Origin: Eledone cirrhosa
Taxonomy: Eukaryota
DNA: 64,000 nucleotides
NCBI GenBank assembly: GCA_964016885.1
Contig: OZ024743.1
Span: forward strand, 90,954,001-91,018,000
Direction of reading: 5' to 3'
The position numbers and the translations under genes are program-made. The notes below the pieces were generated by a model. It was not told the DNA's origin and did not search any database. It saw only the letters and a program-made list of their open reading frames with translations. Below are positions 37,401 through 55,400 of this stretch, in pieces (position 1 is the first letter of the stretch; every line of letters begins with the position of its first letter).

Positions 37401-40400
37401 CTAGCATACACATGGTATTACTAGGATACACATAGCTTAACTAGCATACACATGGCATTACTAGGATACACATAGTTTAACTAGCATACACATGGTATTA
37501 CTAGGATACACATAGCTTAACTAGCATACACATGGCATTACTAGGATACACATAGTTTAACTAGCATACACATGGTATTACTAGGGTACACATAGTTTAA
37601 CTAGCATACACATGGTATTACTAGGGTACACATAGCTTAACTAGCATACACATGGCATTACTAGGGTACACATAGTTTAACTAGCATACACATGGTATTA
37701 CTAGGATACACATAGCTTAACTAGCATACACATGGCATTACTAGGATACACATAGCTTAACTAGCATACACATGGCATTACTAGGATACACATAGCTTAA
37801 CTAGCATACACATGGCATTACTAGGGTACACATAGCTTAACTAGCATACACATTGCATTACTAGGATACACACAGCTTAACTAGCATACACATGGTATTA
37901 CTAGGATACACATAGCTTAACTAGCATACACATGGCATTACTAGGATACACATAGCTTAACTAGCATACACATGGCATTACTAGGATACACATAGCTTAA
38001 CTAGCATACACATGGCATTACTAGGATACACATAGTTTAACTAGCATACACATGGTATTACTAGGATACACATAGCTTAACTAGCATACACATGGTATTA
38101 CTAGGATACACATAGCTTAACTAGCATACACATGGCATTACTAGGATACACATAGCTTAACTAGCATACACATGGCATTACTAGGATACACATAGTTTAA
38201 CTAGCATACACATGGTATTACTAGGGTACACATAGTTTAACTAGCATACACATGGCATTACTAGGATACACAGTTTAACTAGCATACACATGGCATTACT
38301 AGGGTACACATAGCTTAACTAGCATACACATGGCATTACTAGGATACACATAGCTTAACTAGCATACACATGGCATTACTAGGATACACATAGTTTAACT
38401 AGCATACACATGGTATTACTAGGATACACATAGCTTAACTAGCATACACATGGCATTACTAGGATACACATAGCTTAACTAGCATACACATGGCATTACT
38501 AGGATACACATAGCTTAACTAGCATACACATGGCATTATGAGGATACACATAGCTTAACTAGCATACACATGGCATTACTAGGATACACATAGTTTAACT
38601 AGCATACACATGGCATTACTAGGATACACATAGTTTAACTAGCATACACATGGCATTACTAGGATACACATAGTTTAACTAGCATACACATGGCATTACT
38701 AGGATACACATAGTTTAACTAGCATACACATGGCATTACTAGGATACATAGTTTAACTAGCATACACATGCCATAACCAGGACACACATAGCTTAACTAG
38801 CATACACATGGCATTACTAGGATACACATAGCTTAACTAGCATACACATGGCATTACTAGGATACACATAGCTTAACTAGCATACACATGGCATTACTAG
38901 GATACACATAGCTTAACTAGCATACACATGGCATTATGAGGATACACATAGCTTAACTAGCATACACATGGCATTACTAGGATACACATAGTTTAACTAG
39001 CATACACATGGCATTACTAGGATACACATAGTTTAACTAGCATACACATGGCATTACTAGGATACATAGTTTAACTAGCATACACATGCCATAACCAGGA
39101 CACACATAGCTTAACTAGCATACACATGGCATTACTAGGATACACATAGCTTAACTAGCATACACATAGCATTACTAGGATACACATAGCTTAACTAGCA
39201 TACACATAGCATTACTAGGATACACATAGCTTAACTAGCATACACATGGCATTACTAGGGTACACATAGCTTAACTAGCATACACATGGCATTACTAGGA
39301 TACACATAGCTTAACTAGCATACACATGGCATTACTAGGATACACATAGTTTAACTAGCATACACATGCCATAACCAGGACACACATAGCTTAACTAGCA
39401 TACACATGGCATTACTAGGATACACATAGCTTAACTAGCATACACATGGCATTACTAGGATACACATAGCTTAACTAGCATACACATGGTATTACTAGGG
39501 TACACATAGTTTAACTAGCATACACATGGCATTACTAGGATACACATAGTTTAACTAGCATACACATGGCATAACCAGGACACACATAGCTTAACTAGCA
39601 TACACATGGTATTACTAGGATACACATAGCTTAACTAGCATACACATGGCATTACTAGGATACACATAGCTTAACTAGCATACACATAGCATTACTAGGA
39701 TACACATAGCTTAACTAGCATACACATGGCATTACTAGGATACACATAGTTTAACTAGCATACACATGGCATTACTAGGATACATATAGTTTAACTAGCA
39801 TACACATGGCATTACTAGGATACACATAGCTTAACTAGCATACACATGGCATTACTAGGATACACATAGTTTAACTAGCATACACATGGCATTACTAGGA
39901 TATACATAGCTTAACTAGCATACACATGGCATTACTAGGATACACATAGCTTAACTAGCATACACATGGCATTACAAGGATACACATAGCTTAACTAGCA
40001 TACACATGGCATTACTAGGATACACATAGTTTAACTAGCATACACATGGTATTACTAGGGTACACATAGTTTAACTAGCATACACATGGCATTACTAGGG
40101 TACACATAGTTTAACTAGCATACACATGGCATTACTAGGATACACATAGCTTAACTAGCATACACATGGCATTACTAGGATACACATAGTTTAACTAGCA
40201 TACACATGGCATTACTAGGATAGATATAGCTTAACTAGCATACACATGGCATTACTAGGATACACATAGCTTAACTAGCATACACATGGCATTACTAGGA
40301 TACACATAGCTTAACTAGCATACACATGGCATTACTAGGATACACATAGTTTAACTAGCATACACATGGTATTACTAGAGTACACATAGTTTAACTAGCA

Positions 40401-43400
40401 TACACATGGCATTACTAGGGTACACATAGTTTAACTAGCATACACATGGTATTACTAGGGTACACATAGTTTAACTAGCATACACATGGCATTACTAGGA
40501 TACACATAGCTTAACTAGCATACACATGGCATTACTAGGATACACATAGCTTAACTAGCATACACATGGCATTACTAGGATACACATAGTTTAACTAGCA
40601 TACACATGGTATTACTAGGATACACATAGCTTAACTAGCATTCACATGGTATTACTAGGATACACATAGCTTAGCTAGCATACACATGGCATTACTAGGA
40701 TACACATAGCTTAACTAGCATACACATGGCATTACTAGGGTACACATAGCTTAACTAGCATACACATGGTATTACTAGGATACACATAGCTTAACTAGCA
40801 TACACATGGCATTACTAGGATACACATAGCTTAACTAGCATACACATGGCATTACTAGGATACACATAGCTTAACTAGCATACACATGGCATTACTAGGA
40901 TACACATAGTTTAACTAGCATACACATGGTATTACTAGGATACACATAGCTTAACTAGCATACACATGGTATTACTAGGATACACATAGCTTAACTAGCA
41001 TACACATGGCATTACTAGGATACACATAGCTTAACTAGCATACACATGGCATTACTAGGATACACATAGTTTAACTAGCATACACATGGCATCATGAGGA
41101 TACACATAGCTTAACTAGCATACACATGGTATTACTAGGATACACATAGCTTAACTAGCATACACATGGCATTACTAGGATACACATAGTTTAACTAGCA
41201 TACACATGGTATTACTAGGATACACATAGCTTAACTAGCATACACATGGCATTACTAGGATACACATAGTTTAACTAGCATACACATGGTATTACTAGGG
41301 TACACATAGTTTAACTAGCATACACATGGTATTACTAGGGTACACATAGCTTAACTAGCATACACATGGCATTACTAGGGTACACATAGTTTAACTAGCA
41401 TACACATGGTATTACTAGGATACACATAGCTTAACTAGCATACACATGGCATTACTAGGATACACATAGCTTAACTAGCATACACATGGCATTACTAGGA
41501 TACACATAGCTTAACTAGCATACACATGGCATTACTAGGGTACACATAGCTTAACTAGCATACACATGGCATTACTAGGATACACACAGCTTAACTAGCA
41601 TACACATGGTATTACTAGGATACACATAGCTTAACTAGCATACACATGGCATTACTAGGATAAACATAGCTTAACTAGCATACACATGGCATTACTAGGA
41701 TACACATAGCTTAACTAGCATACACATGGCATTACTAGGATACACATAGTTTAACTAGCATACACATGGTATTACTAGGATACACGTAGCTTAACTAGCA
41801 TACACATGGTATTACTAGGATACACATAGCTTAACTAGCATACACATGGCATTACTAGGATACACATAGCTTAACTAGCATACACATGGCATTACTAGGA
41901 TACACATAGTTTAACTAGCATACACATGGTATTACTAGGGTACACATAGTTTAACTAGCATACACATGGCATTACTAGGATACACAGTTTAACTAGCATA
42001 CACATGGCATTACTAGGGTACACATAGCTTAACTAGCATACACATGGCATTACTAGGATACACATAGCTTAACTAGCATACACATGGCATTACTAGGATA
42101 CACATAGCTTAACTAGCATACACATGGTATTACTAGGATACACATAGCTTAACTAGCATACACATGGCATTACTAGGATACACATACCTTAACTAGCATA
42201 CACATGGCATTACTAGGATACACATAGCTTAACTAGCATACACATGGCATTACTAGGATACACATAGCTTAACTAGCATACACATGGCATTACTAGGATA
42301 CACATAGCTTAACTAGCATACACATGGCATTACTAGGATACACATCGCTTAACTAGCATACACATGGCATTACTAGGATACACATAGCTTAACTAGCATA
42401 CACATGGCATTACTAGGATACACATAGCTTAACTAGCATACACATGGCATTACTAGGATACACATAGCTTAACTAGCATACACATGGCATTACTAGGATA
42501 CACATAGCTTAACTAGCATACACATGGCATTACTAGGATACATATAGTTTAACTAGCATACACATGGCATTACTAGGATACACATAGCTTAACTAGCATA
42601 CACATGGCATTACTAGGATACATATAGTTTAACTAGCATACACATGGCATTACTAGGATACACATAGCTTAACTAGCATACACATGGCATTACTAGGATA
42701 CACATAGCTTAACTAGCATACACATGGCATTACTAGGATACACATAGCTTAACTAGCATACACATGGCATTACTAGGATACATATAGTTTAACTAGCATA
42801 CACATGGCATTACTAGGATATACATAGCTTAACTAGCATACACATGGCATTACTAGGATACATATAGTTTAACTAGCATACACATGGCATTACTAGGATA
42901 CACATAGCTTAACTAGCATACACATGGCATTACTAGGATACATATAGTTTAACTAGCATACACATGGCATTACTAGGATACACATAGCTTAACTAGCATA
43001 CACATGGCATTACTAGGATACACATAGCTTAACTAGCATACACATGGCATTACTAGGATACACATAGTTTAACTAGCATACACATGGTATTACTAGGATA
43101 CACATAGCTTAACTAGCATACACATGGTATTACTAGGATACACATAGCTTAACTAGCATACACATGGCATTACTAGGATACACATAGCTTAACTAGCATA
43201 CACATGGCATTACTAGGATACACATAGTTTAACTAGCATACACATGGCATTATGAGGATACACATAGCTTAACTAGCATACACATGGTATTACTAGGATA
43301 CACATAGCTTAACTAGCATACACATGGCATTACTAGGATACACATAGTTTAACTAGCATACACATGGTATTACTAGGATACACATAGCTTAACTAGCATA

Positions 43401-46400
43401 CACATGGCATTACTAGGATACACATAGTTTAACTAGCATACACATGGTATTACTAGGGTACACATAGTTTAACTAGCATACACATGGTATTACTAGGGTA
43501 CACATAGCTTAACTAGCATACACATGGCATTACTAGGGTACACATAGTTTAACTAGCATACACATGGTATTACTAGGATACACATAGCTTAACTAGCATA
43601 CACATGGCATTACTAGGATACACATAGCTTAACTAGCATACACATGGCATTACTAGGATACACATAGCTTAACTAGCATACACATGGCATTACTAGGGTA
43701 CACATAGCTTAACTAGCATACACATTGCATTACTAGGATACACACAGCTTAACTAGCATACACATGGTATTACTAGGATACACATAGCTTAACTAGCATA
43801 CACATGGCATTACTAGGATACACATAGCTTAACTAGCATACACATGGCATTACTAGGATACACATAGCTTAACTAGCATACACATGGCATTACTAGGATA
43901 CACATAGTTTAACTAGCATACACATGGTATTACTAGGATACACATAGCTTAACTAGCATACACATGGTATTACTAGGATACACATAGCTTAACTAGCATA
44001 CACATGGCATTACTAGGATACACATAGCTTAACTAGCATACACATGGCATTACTAGGATACACATAGTTTAACTAGCATACACATGGTATTACTAGGGTA
44101 CACATAGTTTAACTAGCATACACATGGCATTACTAGGATACACAGTTTAACTAGCATACACATGGCATTACTAGGGTACACATAGCTTAACTAGCATACA
44201 CATGGCATTACTAGGATACACATAGCTTAACTAGCATACACATGGCATTACTAGGATACACATAGTTTAACTAGCATACACATGGTATTACTAGGATACA
44301 CATAGCTTAACTAGCATACACATGGCATTACTAGGATACACATAGCTTAACTAGCATACACATGGCATTACTAGGATACACATAGCTTAACTAGCATACA
44401 CATGGTATTACTAGGATACACATAGCTTAACTAGCATACACATGGCATTACTAGGATACACATAGCTTAACTAGCATACACATGGCATTACTAGGATACA
44501 CATAGCTTAACTAGCATACACATGGCATTACTAGGATACACATAGCTTAACTAGCATACACATGGCATTACTAGGATACACATAGCTTAACTAGCATACA
44601 CATGGCATTACTAGGATACACATAGCTTAACTAGCATACACATGGCATTACTAGGATACACATAGCTTAACTAGCATACACATCGCATTACTAGGATACA
44701 CATAGCTTAACTAGCATACACATGGTATTACTAGGGTACACATAGTTTAACTAGCATACACATGGCATTACTAGGATACACATAGTTTAACTAGCATACA
44801 CATGGCATTACTAGGGTACACATAGCTTAACTAGCATACACATGGCATTACTAGGATACACATAGCTTAACTAGCATACACATGGCATTACTAGGATACA
44901 TATAGTTTAACTAGCATACACATGGCATTACTAGGATATACATAGCTTAACTAGCATACACATGGCATTACTAGGATACATATAGTTTAACTAGCATACA
45001 CATGGCATTACTAGGATACACATAGCTTAACTAGCATACACATGGCATTACTAGGATACATATAGTTTAACTAGCATACACATGGCATTACTAGGATACA
45101 CATAGCTTAACTAGCATACACATGGCATTACTAGGATACACATAGCTTAACTAGCATACACATGGCATTACTAGGATACACATAGTTTAACTAGCATACA
45201 CATGGCATTATGAGGATACACATAGCTTAACTAGCATACACATGGTATTACTAGGATACACATAGCTTAACTAGCATACACATGGCATTACTAGGATACA
45301 CATAGTTTAACTAGCATACACATGGTATTACTAGGATACACATAGCTTAACTAGCATACACATGGCATTACTAGGATACACATAGTTTAACTAGCATACA
45401 CATGGTATTACTAGGGTACACATAGTTTAACTAGCATACACATGGTATTACTAGGGTACACATAGCTTAACTAGCATACACATGGCATTACTAGGGTACA
45501 CATAGTTTAACTAGCATACACATGGTATTACTAGGATACACATAGCTTAACTAGCATACACATGGCATTACTAGGATACACATAGCTTAACTAGCATACA
45601 CATGGCATTACTAGGATACACATAGCTTAACTAGCATACACATGGCATTACTAGGGTACACATAGCTTAACTAGCATACACATTGCATTACTAGGATACA
45701 CACAGCTTAACTAGCATACACATGGTATTACTAGGATACACATAGCTTAACTAGCATACACATGGCATTACTAGGATACACATAGCTTAACTAGCATACA
45801 CATGGCATTACTAGGATACACATAGCTTAACTAGCATACACATGGCATTACTAGGATACACATAGTTTAACTAGCATACACATGGTATTACTAGGATACA
45901 CATAGCTTAACTAGCATACACATGGTATTACTAGGATACACATAGCTTAACTAGCATACACATGGCATTACTAGGATACACATAGCTTAACTAGCATACA
46001 CATGGCATTACTAGGATACACATAGTTTAACTAGCATACACATGGTATTACTAGGGTACACATAGTTTAACTAGCATACACATGGCATTACTAGGATACA
46101 CAGTTTAACTAGCATACACATGGCATTACTAGGGTACACATAGCTTAACTAGCATACACATGGCATTACTAGGATACACATAGCTTAACTAGCATACACA
46201 TGGCATTACTAGGATACACATAGTTTAACTAGCATACACATGGTATTACTAGGATACACATAGCTTAACTAGCATACACATGGCATTACTAGGATACACA
46301 TAGCTTAACTAGCATACACATGGCATTACTAGGATACACATAGCTTAACTAGCATACACATGGTATTACTAGGATACACATAGCTTAACTAGCATACACA

Positions 46401-49400
46401 TGGCATTACTAGGATACACATAGCTTAACTAGCATACACATGGCATTACTAGGATACACATAGCTTAACTAGCATACACATGGCATTACTAGGATACACA
46501 TAGCTTAACTAGCATACACATGGCATTACTAGGATACACATAGCTTAACTAGCATACACATGGCATTACTAGGATACACATAGCTTAACTAGCATACACA
46601 TGGCATTACTAGGATACACATAGCTTAACTAGCATACACATCGCATTACTAGGATACACATAGCTTAACTAGCATACACATGGTATTACTAGGGTACACA
46701 TAGTTTAACTAGCATACACATGGCATTACTAGGATACACATAGTTTAACTAGCATACACATGGCATTACTAGGGTACACATAGCTTAACTAGCATACACA
46801 TGGCATTACTAGGATACACATAGCTTAACTAGCATACACATGGCATTACTAGGATACATATAGTTTAACTAGCATACACATGGCATTACTAGGATACACA
46901 TAGCTTAACTAGCATACACATGGCATTACTAGGATACACATAGTTTAACTAGCATACACATGGCATTACTAGGATACACATAGCTTAACTAGCATACACA
47001 TGGCATTACTAGGATACATATAGTTTAACTAGCATACACATGGCATTACTAGGATACACATAGCTTAACTAGCATACACATGGCATTACTAGGATACATA
47101 TAGTTTAACTAGCATACACATGGCATTACTAGGATACACATAGCTTAACTAGCATACACATGGAATTACTAGGATACACATAGCTTAACTAGCATACACA
47201 TGGCATTACTAGGATACACATAGCTTAACTAGCATACACATGGCATTACTAGGATACATATAGTTTAACTAGCATACACATGGCATTACTAGGATACACA
47301 TAGCTTAACTAGCATACACATGGCATTACTAGGATACATATAGTTTAACTAGCATACACATGGCATTACTAGGATACACATAGCTTAACTAGCATACACA
47401 TGGCATTACTAGGATACACATAGCTTAACTAGCATACACATGGCATTACTAGGATACACATAGCTTAACTAGCATACACATGGCATTACTAGGATACATA
47501 TAGTTTAACTAGCATACACATGGCATTACTAGGATACACATAGCTTAACTTGCATACACATGGCATTACTAGGATACATATAGTTTAACTAGCATACACA
47601 TGGCATTACTAGGATACACATAGCTTAACTAGTATACACATGGCATTACTAGGATACATATAGTTTAACTAGCATACACATGGCATTACTAGGATACACA
47701 TAGCTTAACTAGCATACACATGGCATTACTAGGATACACATAGCTTAACTAGCATACACATGGTATTACTAGGGTACACATAGTTTAACTAGCATACACA
47801 TGGCATTACTAGGATACACATAGTTTAACTAGCATACACATGGCATTACTAGGGTACACATAGCTTAACTAGCATACACATGGCATTACTAGGATACACA
47901 TAGCTTAACTAGCATACACATGGCATTACTAGGATACACATAGCTTAACTAGCATACACATGGCATTACTAGGATACATATAGTTTAACTAGCATACACA
48001 TGGCATTACTAGGACACACATAGCTTAACTAGCATACACATGGTATTACTAGGATACACATAGCTTAACTAGCATACACATGGCATTACTAGGATACATA
48101 TAGTTTAACTAGCATACACATGGCATTACTAGGACACACATAGCTTAACTAGCATACACATGGCATTACTAGGATACACATAGTTTAACTAGCATACACA
48201 TAGCATTACTAGGACACACATAGCTTAACTAGCATACACATGGCATTACTAGGATACACATAGCTTAACTAGCATACACATGGCATTACTAGGATACACA
48301 TAGTTTAACTAGCATACACATAGCATTACTAGGACACACATAGCTTAACTAGCATACACATGGTATTACTAGGATACACATAGCTTAACTAGCATACACA
48401 TGGCATTACTAGGATACACATAGTTTAACTAGCATACACATGGCATTACTAGGATACACATAGTTTAACTAGCATACACATGGCATTACTAGGATACATA
48501 GTTTAACTAGCATACACATGCCATAACCAGGACACACATAGCTTAACTAGCATACACATGGCATTACTAGGATACACATAGCTTAACTAGCATACACATA
48601 GCATTACTAGGATACACATAGCTTAACTAGCATACACATAGCATTACTAGGATACACATAGCTTAACTAGCATACACATGGCATTACTAGGGTACACATA
48701 GCTTAACTAGCATACACATGGCATTACTAGGATACACATAGCTTAACTAGCATACACATGGCATTACTAGGATACACATAGTTTAACTAGCATACACATG
48801 CCATAACCAGGACACACATAGCTTAACTAGCATACACATGGCATTACTAGGATACACATAGCTTAACTAGCATACACATGGCATTACTAGGATACACATA
48901 GTTTAACTAGCATACACATGGCATAACCAGGACACACATAGCTTAACTAGCATACACATGGTATTACTAGGATACACATAGCTTAACTAGCATACACATG
49001 GCATTACTAGGATACACATAGCTTAACTAGCATACACATAGCATTACTAGGATACACATAGCTTAACTAGCATACACATGGCATTACTAGGATACACATA
49101 GTTTAACTAGCATACACATGGCATTACTAGGATACATATAGTTTAACTAGCATACACATGGCATTACTAGGATACACATAGCTTAACTAGCGTACACATG
49201 GCATTACTAGGATACACATAGTTTAACTAGCATACACATGGCATTACTAGGATATACATAGCTTAACTAGCATACACATGGCATTACTAGGATACACATA
49301 GCTTAACTAGCATACACATGGCATTACAAGGATACACATAGCTTAACTAGCATACACATGGCATTACTAGGATACACATAGTTTAACTAGCATACACATG

Positions 49401-52400
49401 GTATTACTAGGGTACACATAGTTTAACTAGCATACACATGGCATTACTAGGGTACACATAGTTTAACTAGCATACACATGGCATTACTAGGATACACATA
49501 GCTTAACTAGCATACACATGGCATTACTAGGATACACATAGTTTAACTAGCATACACATGGCATTACTAGGATAGATATAGCTTAACTAGCATACACATG
49601 GCATTACTAGGATACACATAGCTTAACTAGCATACACATGGCATTACTAGGATACACATAGCTTAACTAGCATACACATGGCATTACTAGGATACACATA
49701 GTTTAACTAGCATACACATGGTATTACTAGGGTACACATAGTTTAACTAGCATACACATGGCATTACTAGGGTACACATAGTTTAACTAGCATACACATG
49801 GTATTACTAGGGTACACATAGTTTAACTAGCATACACATGGCATTACTAGGATACACATAGCTTAACTAGCATACACATGGCATTACTAGGATACACATA
49901 GCTTAACTAGCATACACATGGCATTACTAGGATACACATAGTTTAACTAGCATACACATGGTATTACTAGGATACACATAGCTTAACTAGCATACACATG
50001 GTATTACTAGGATACACATAGCTTAGCTAGCATACACATGGCATTACTAGGATACACATAGCTTAACTAGCATACACATGGCATTACTAGGGTACACATA
50101 GCTTAACTAGCATACACATGGTATTACTAGGATACACATAGCTTAACTAGCATACACATGGCATTACTAGGATACACATAGCTTAACTAGCATACACATG
50201 GCATTACTAGGATACACATAGCTTAACTAGCATACACATGGCATTACTAGGATACACATAGTTTAACTAGCATACACATGGTATTACTAGGATACACATA
50301 GCTTAACTAGCATACACATGGTATTACTAGGATACACATAGCTTAACTAGCATACACATGGCATTACTAGGATACACATAGCTTAACTAGCATACACATG
50401 GCATTACTAGGATACACATAGTTTAACTAGCATACACATGGCATTATGAGGATACACATAGCTTAACTAGCATACACATGGTATTACTAGGATACACATA
50501 GCTTAACTAGCATACACATGGCATTACTAGGATACACATAGTTTAACTAGCATACACATGGTATTACTAGGATACACATAGCTTAACTAGCATACACATG
50601 GCATTACTAGGATACACATAGTTTAACTAGCATACACATGGTATTACTAGGGTACACATAGTTTAACTAGCATACACATGGTATTACTAGGGTACACATA
50701 GCTTAACTAGCATACACATGGCATTACTAGGGTACACATAGTTTAACTAGCATACACATGGTATTACTAGGATACACATAGCTTAACTAGCATACACATG
50801 GCATTACTAGGGTACACATAGTTTAACTAGCATACACATGGCATTACTAGGATACACATAGTTTAACTAGCATACACATGGCATTACTAGGATACATATA
50901 GTTTAACTAGCATACACATGGCATTACTAGGATACACATAGCTTAACTAGCGTACACATGGCATTACTAGGATACACATAGTTTAACTAGCATACACATG
51001 GCATTACTAGGATATACATAGCTTAACTAGCATACACATGGCATTACTAGGATACACATAGCTTAACTAGCATACACATGGCATTACAAGGATACACATA
51101 GCTTAACTAGCATACACATGGCATTACTAGGATACACATAGTTTAACTAGCATACACATGGTATTACTAGGGTACACATAGTTTAACTAGCATACACATG
51201 GCATTACTAGGGTACACATAGTTTAACTAGCATACACATGGCATTACTAGGATACACATAGCTTAACTAGCATACACATGGCATTACTAGGATACATATA
51301 GTTTAACTAGCATACACATGGCATTACTAGGATAGATATAGCTTAACTAGCATACACATGGCATTACTAGGATACACATAGCTTAACTAGCATACACATG
51401 GCATTACTAGGATACACATAGCTTAACTAGCATACACATGGCATTACTAGGATACACATAGTTTAACTAGCATACACATGGTATTACTAGGGTACACATA
51501 GTTTAACTAGCATACACATGGCATTACTAGGGTACACATAGTTTAACTAGCATACACATGGTATTACTAGGGTACACATAGTTTAACTAGCATACACATG
51601 GCATTACTAGGATACACATAGCTTAACTAGCATACACATGGCATTACTAGGATACACATAGCTTAACTAGCATACACATGGCATTACTAGGATACACATA
51701 GTTTAACTAGCATACACATGGTATTACTAGGATACACATAGCTTAACTAGCATACACATGGTATTACTAGGATACACATAGCTTAGCTAGCATACACATG
51801 GCATTACTAGGATACACATAGCTTAACTAGCATACACATGGCATTACTAGGGTACACATAGCTTAACTAGCATACACATGGTATTACTAGGATACACATA
51901 GCTTAACTAGCATACACATGGCATTACTAGGATACACATAGCTTAACTAGCATACACATGGCATTACTAGGATACACATAGCTTAACTAGCATACACATG
52001 GCATTACTAGGATACACATAGTTTAACTAGCATACACATGGTATTACTAGGATACACATAGCTTAACTAGCATACACATGGTATTACTAGGATACACATA
52101 GCTTAACTAGCATACACATGGCATTACTAGGATACACATAGCTTAACTAGCATACACATGGCATTACTAGGATACACATAGTTTAACTAGCATACACATG
52201 GCATTATGAGGATACACATAGCTTAACTAGCATACACATGGTATTACTAGGATACACATAGCTTAACTAGCATACACATGGCATTACTAGGATACACATA
52301 GTTTAACTAGCATACACATGGTATTACTAGGATACACATAGCTTAACTAGCATACACATGGCATTACTAGGATACACATAGTTTAACTAGCATACACATG

Positions 52401-55400
52401 GTATTACTAGGGTACACATAGTTTAACTAGCATACACATGGTATTACTAGGGTACACATAGCTTAACTAGCATACACATGGCATTACTAGGGTACACATA
52501 GTTTAACTAGCATACACATGGTATTACTAGGATACACATAGCTTAACTAGCATACACATGGCATTACTAGGATACACATAGCTTAACTAGCATACACATG
52601 GCATTACTAGGATACACATAGCTTAACTAGCATACACATGGCATTACTAGGGTACACATAGCTTAACTAGCATACACATGGCATTACTAGGATACACACA
52701 GCTTAACTAGCATACACATGGTATTACTAGGATACACATAGTTTAACTAGCATACACATGGTATTACTAGGATACACATAGCTTAACTAGCATACACATG
52801 GTATTACTAGGATACACATAGCTTAACTAGCATACACATGGCATTACTAGGATACACATAGTTTAACTAGCATACACATGGTATTACTAGGGTACACATA
52901 GTTTAACTAGCATACACATGGCATTACTAGGATACACAGTTTAACTAGCATACACATGGCATTACTAGGGTACACATAGCTTAACTAGCATACACATGGC
53001 ATTACTAGGATACACAGTTTAACTAGCATACACATGGCATTACTAGGGTACACATAGCTTAACTAGCATACACATGGCATTACTAGGATACACATAGCTT
53101 AACTAGCATACACATGGCATTACTAGGATACACATAGTTTAACTAGCATACACATGGTATTACTAGGATACACATAGCTTAACTAGCATACACATGGCAT
53201 TACTAGGATACACATAGCTTAACTAGCATACACATGGCATTACTAGGATACACATAGCTTAACTAGCATACACATGGTATTACTAGGATACACATAGCTT
53301 AACTAGCATACACATGGCATTACTAGGATACACATACCTTAACTAGCATACACATGGCATTACTAGGATACACATAGCTTAACTAGCATACACATGGCAT
53401 TACTAGGATACACATAGCTTAACTAGCATACACATGGCATTACTAGGATACACATAGCTTAACTAGCATACACATGGCATTACTAGGATACACATCGCTT
53501 AACTAGCATACACATGGCATTACTAGGATACACATAGCTTAACTAGCATACACATGGCATTACTAGGATACACATAGCTTAACTAGCATACACATGGCAT
53601 TACTAGGATACACATAGCTTAACTAGCATACACATGGCATTACTAGGATACACATAGCTTAACTAGCATACACATGGCATTACTAGGATACATATAGTTT
53701 AACTAGCATACACATGGCATTACTAGGATACACATAGCTTAACTAGCATACACATGGCATTACTAGGATACATATAGTTTAACTAGCATACACATGGCAT
53801 TACTAGGATACACATAGCTTAACTAGCATACACATGGCATTACTAGGATACACATAGCTTAACTAGCATACACATGGCATTACTAGGATACACATAGCTT
53901 AACTAGCATACACATGGCATTACTAGGATACATATAGTTTAACTAGCATACACATGGCATTACTAGGATACACATAGCTTAACTAGCATACACATGGCAT
54001 TACTAGGATACATATAGTTTAACTAGCATACACATGGCATTACTAGGATACACATAGCTTAACTAGCATACACATGGCATTACTAGGATACATATAGTTT
54101 AACTAGCATACACATGGCATTACTAGGATACACATAGCTTAACTAGCATACACATGGCATTACTAGGATACACATAGCTTAACTAGCATACACATGGCAT
54201 TACTAGGATACACATAGTTTAACTAGCATACACATGGTATTACTAGGATACACATAGCTTAACTAGCATACACATGGTATTACTAGGATACACATAGCTT
54301 AACTAGCATACACATGGCATTACTAGGATACACATAGCTTAACTAGCATACACATGGCATTACTAGGATACACATAGTTTAACTAGCATACACATGGCAT
54401 TATGAGGATACACATAGCTTAACTAGCATACACATGGTATTACTAGGATACACATAGCTTAACTAGCATACACATGGCATTACTAGGATACACATAGTTT
54501 AACTAGCATACACATGGTATTACTAGGATACACATAGCTTAACTAGCATACACATGGCATTACTAGGATACACATAGTTTAACTAGCATACACATGGTAT
54601 TACTAGGGTACACATAGTTTAACTAGCATACACATGGTATTACTAGGGTACACATAGCTTAACTAGCATACACATGGCATTACTAGGGTACACATAGTTT
54701 AACTAGCATACACATGGTATTACTAGGATACACATAGCTTAACTAGCATACACATGGCATTACTAGGATACACATAGCTTAACTAGCATACACATGGCAT
54801 TACTAGGATACACATAGCTTAACTAGCATACACATGGCATTACTAGGGTACACATAGCTTAACTAGCATACACATGGCATTACTAGGATACACACAGCTT
54901 AACTAGCATACACATGGTATTACTAGGATACACATAGCTTAACTAGCATACACATGGCATTACTAGGATACACATAGCTTAACTAGCATACACATGGCAT
55001 TACTAGGATACACATAGCTTAACTAGCATACACATGGCATTACTAGGATGCACATAGTTTAACTAGCATACACATGGTATTACTAGGATACACATAGCTT
55101 AACTAGCATACACATGGTATTACTAGGATACACATAGCTTAGCTAGCATACACATGGCATTACTAGGATACACATAGCTTAACTAGCATACACATGGCAT
55201 TACTAGGATACACATAGTTTAACTAGCATACACATGGTATTACTAGGGTACACATAGTTTAACTAGCATACACATGGCATTACTAGGATACACAGTTTAA
55301 CTAGCATACACATGGCATTACTAGGGTACACATAGCTTAACTAGCATACACATGGCATTACTAGGATACACATAGCTTAACTAGCATACACATGGCATTA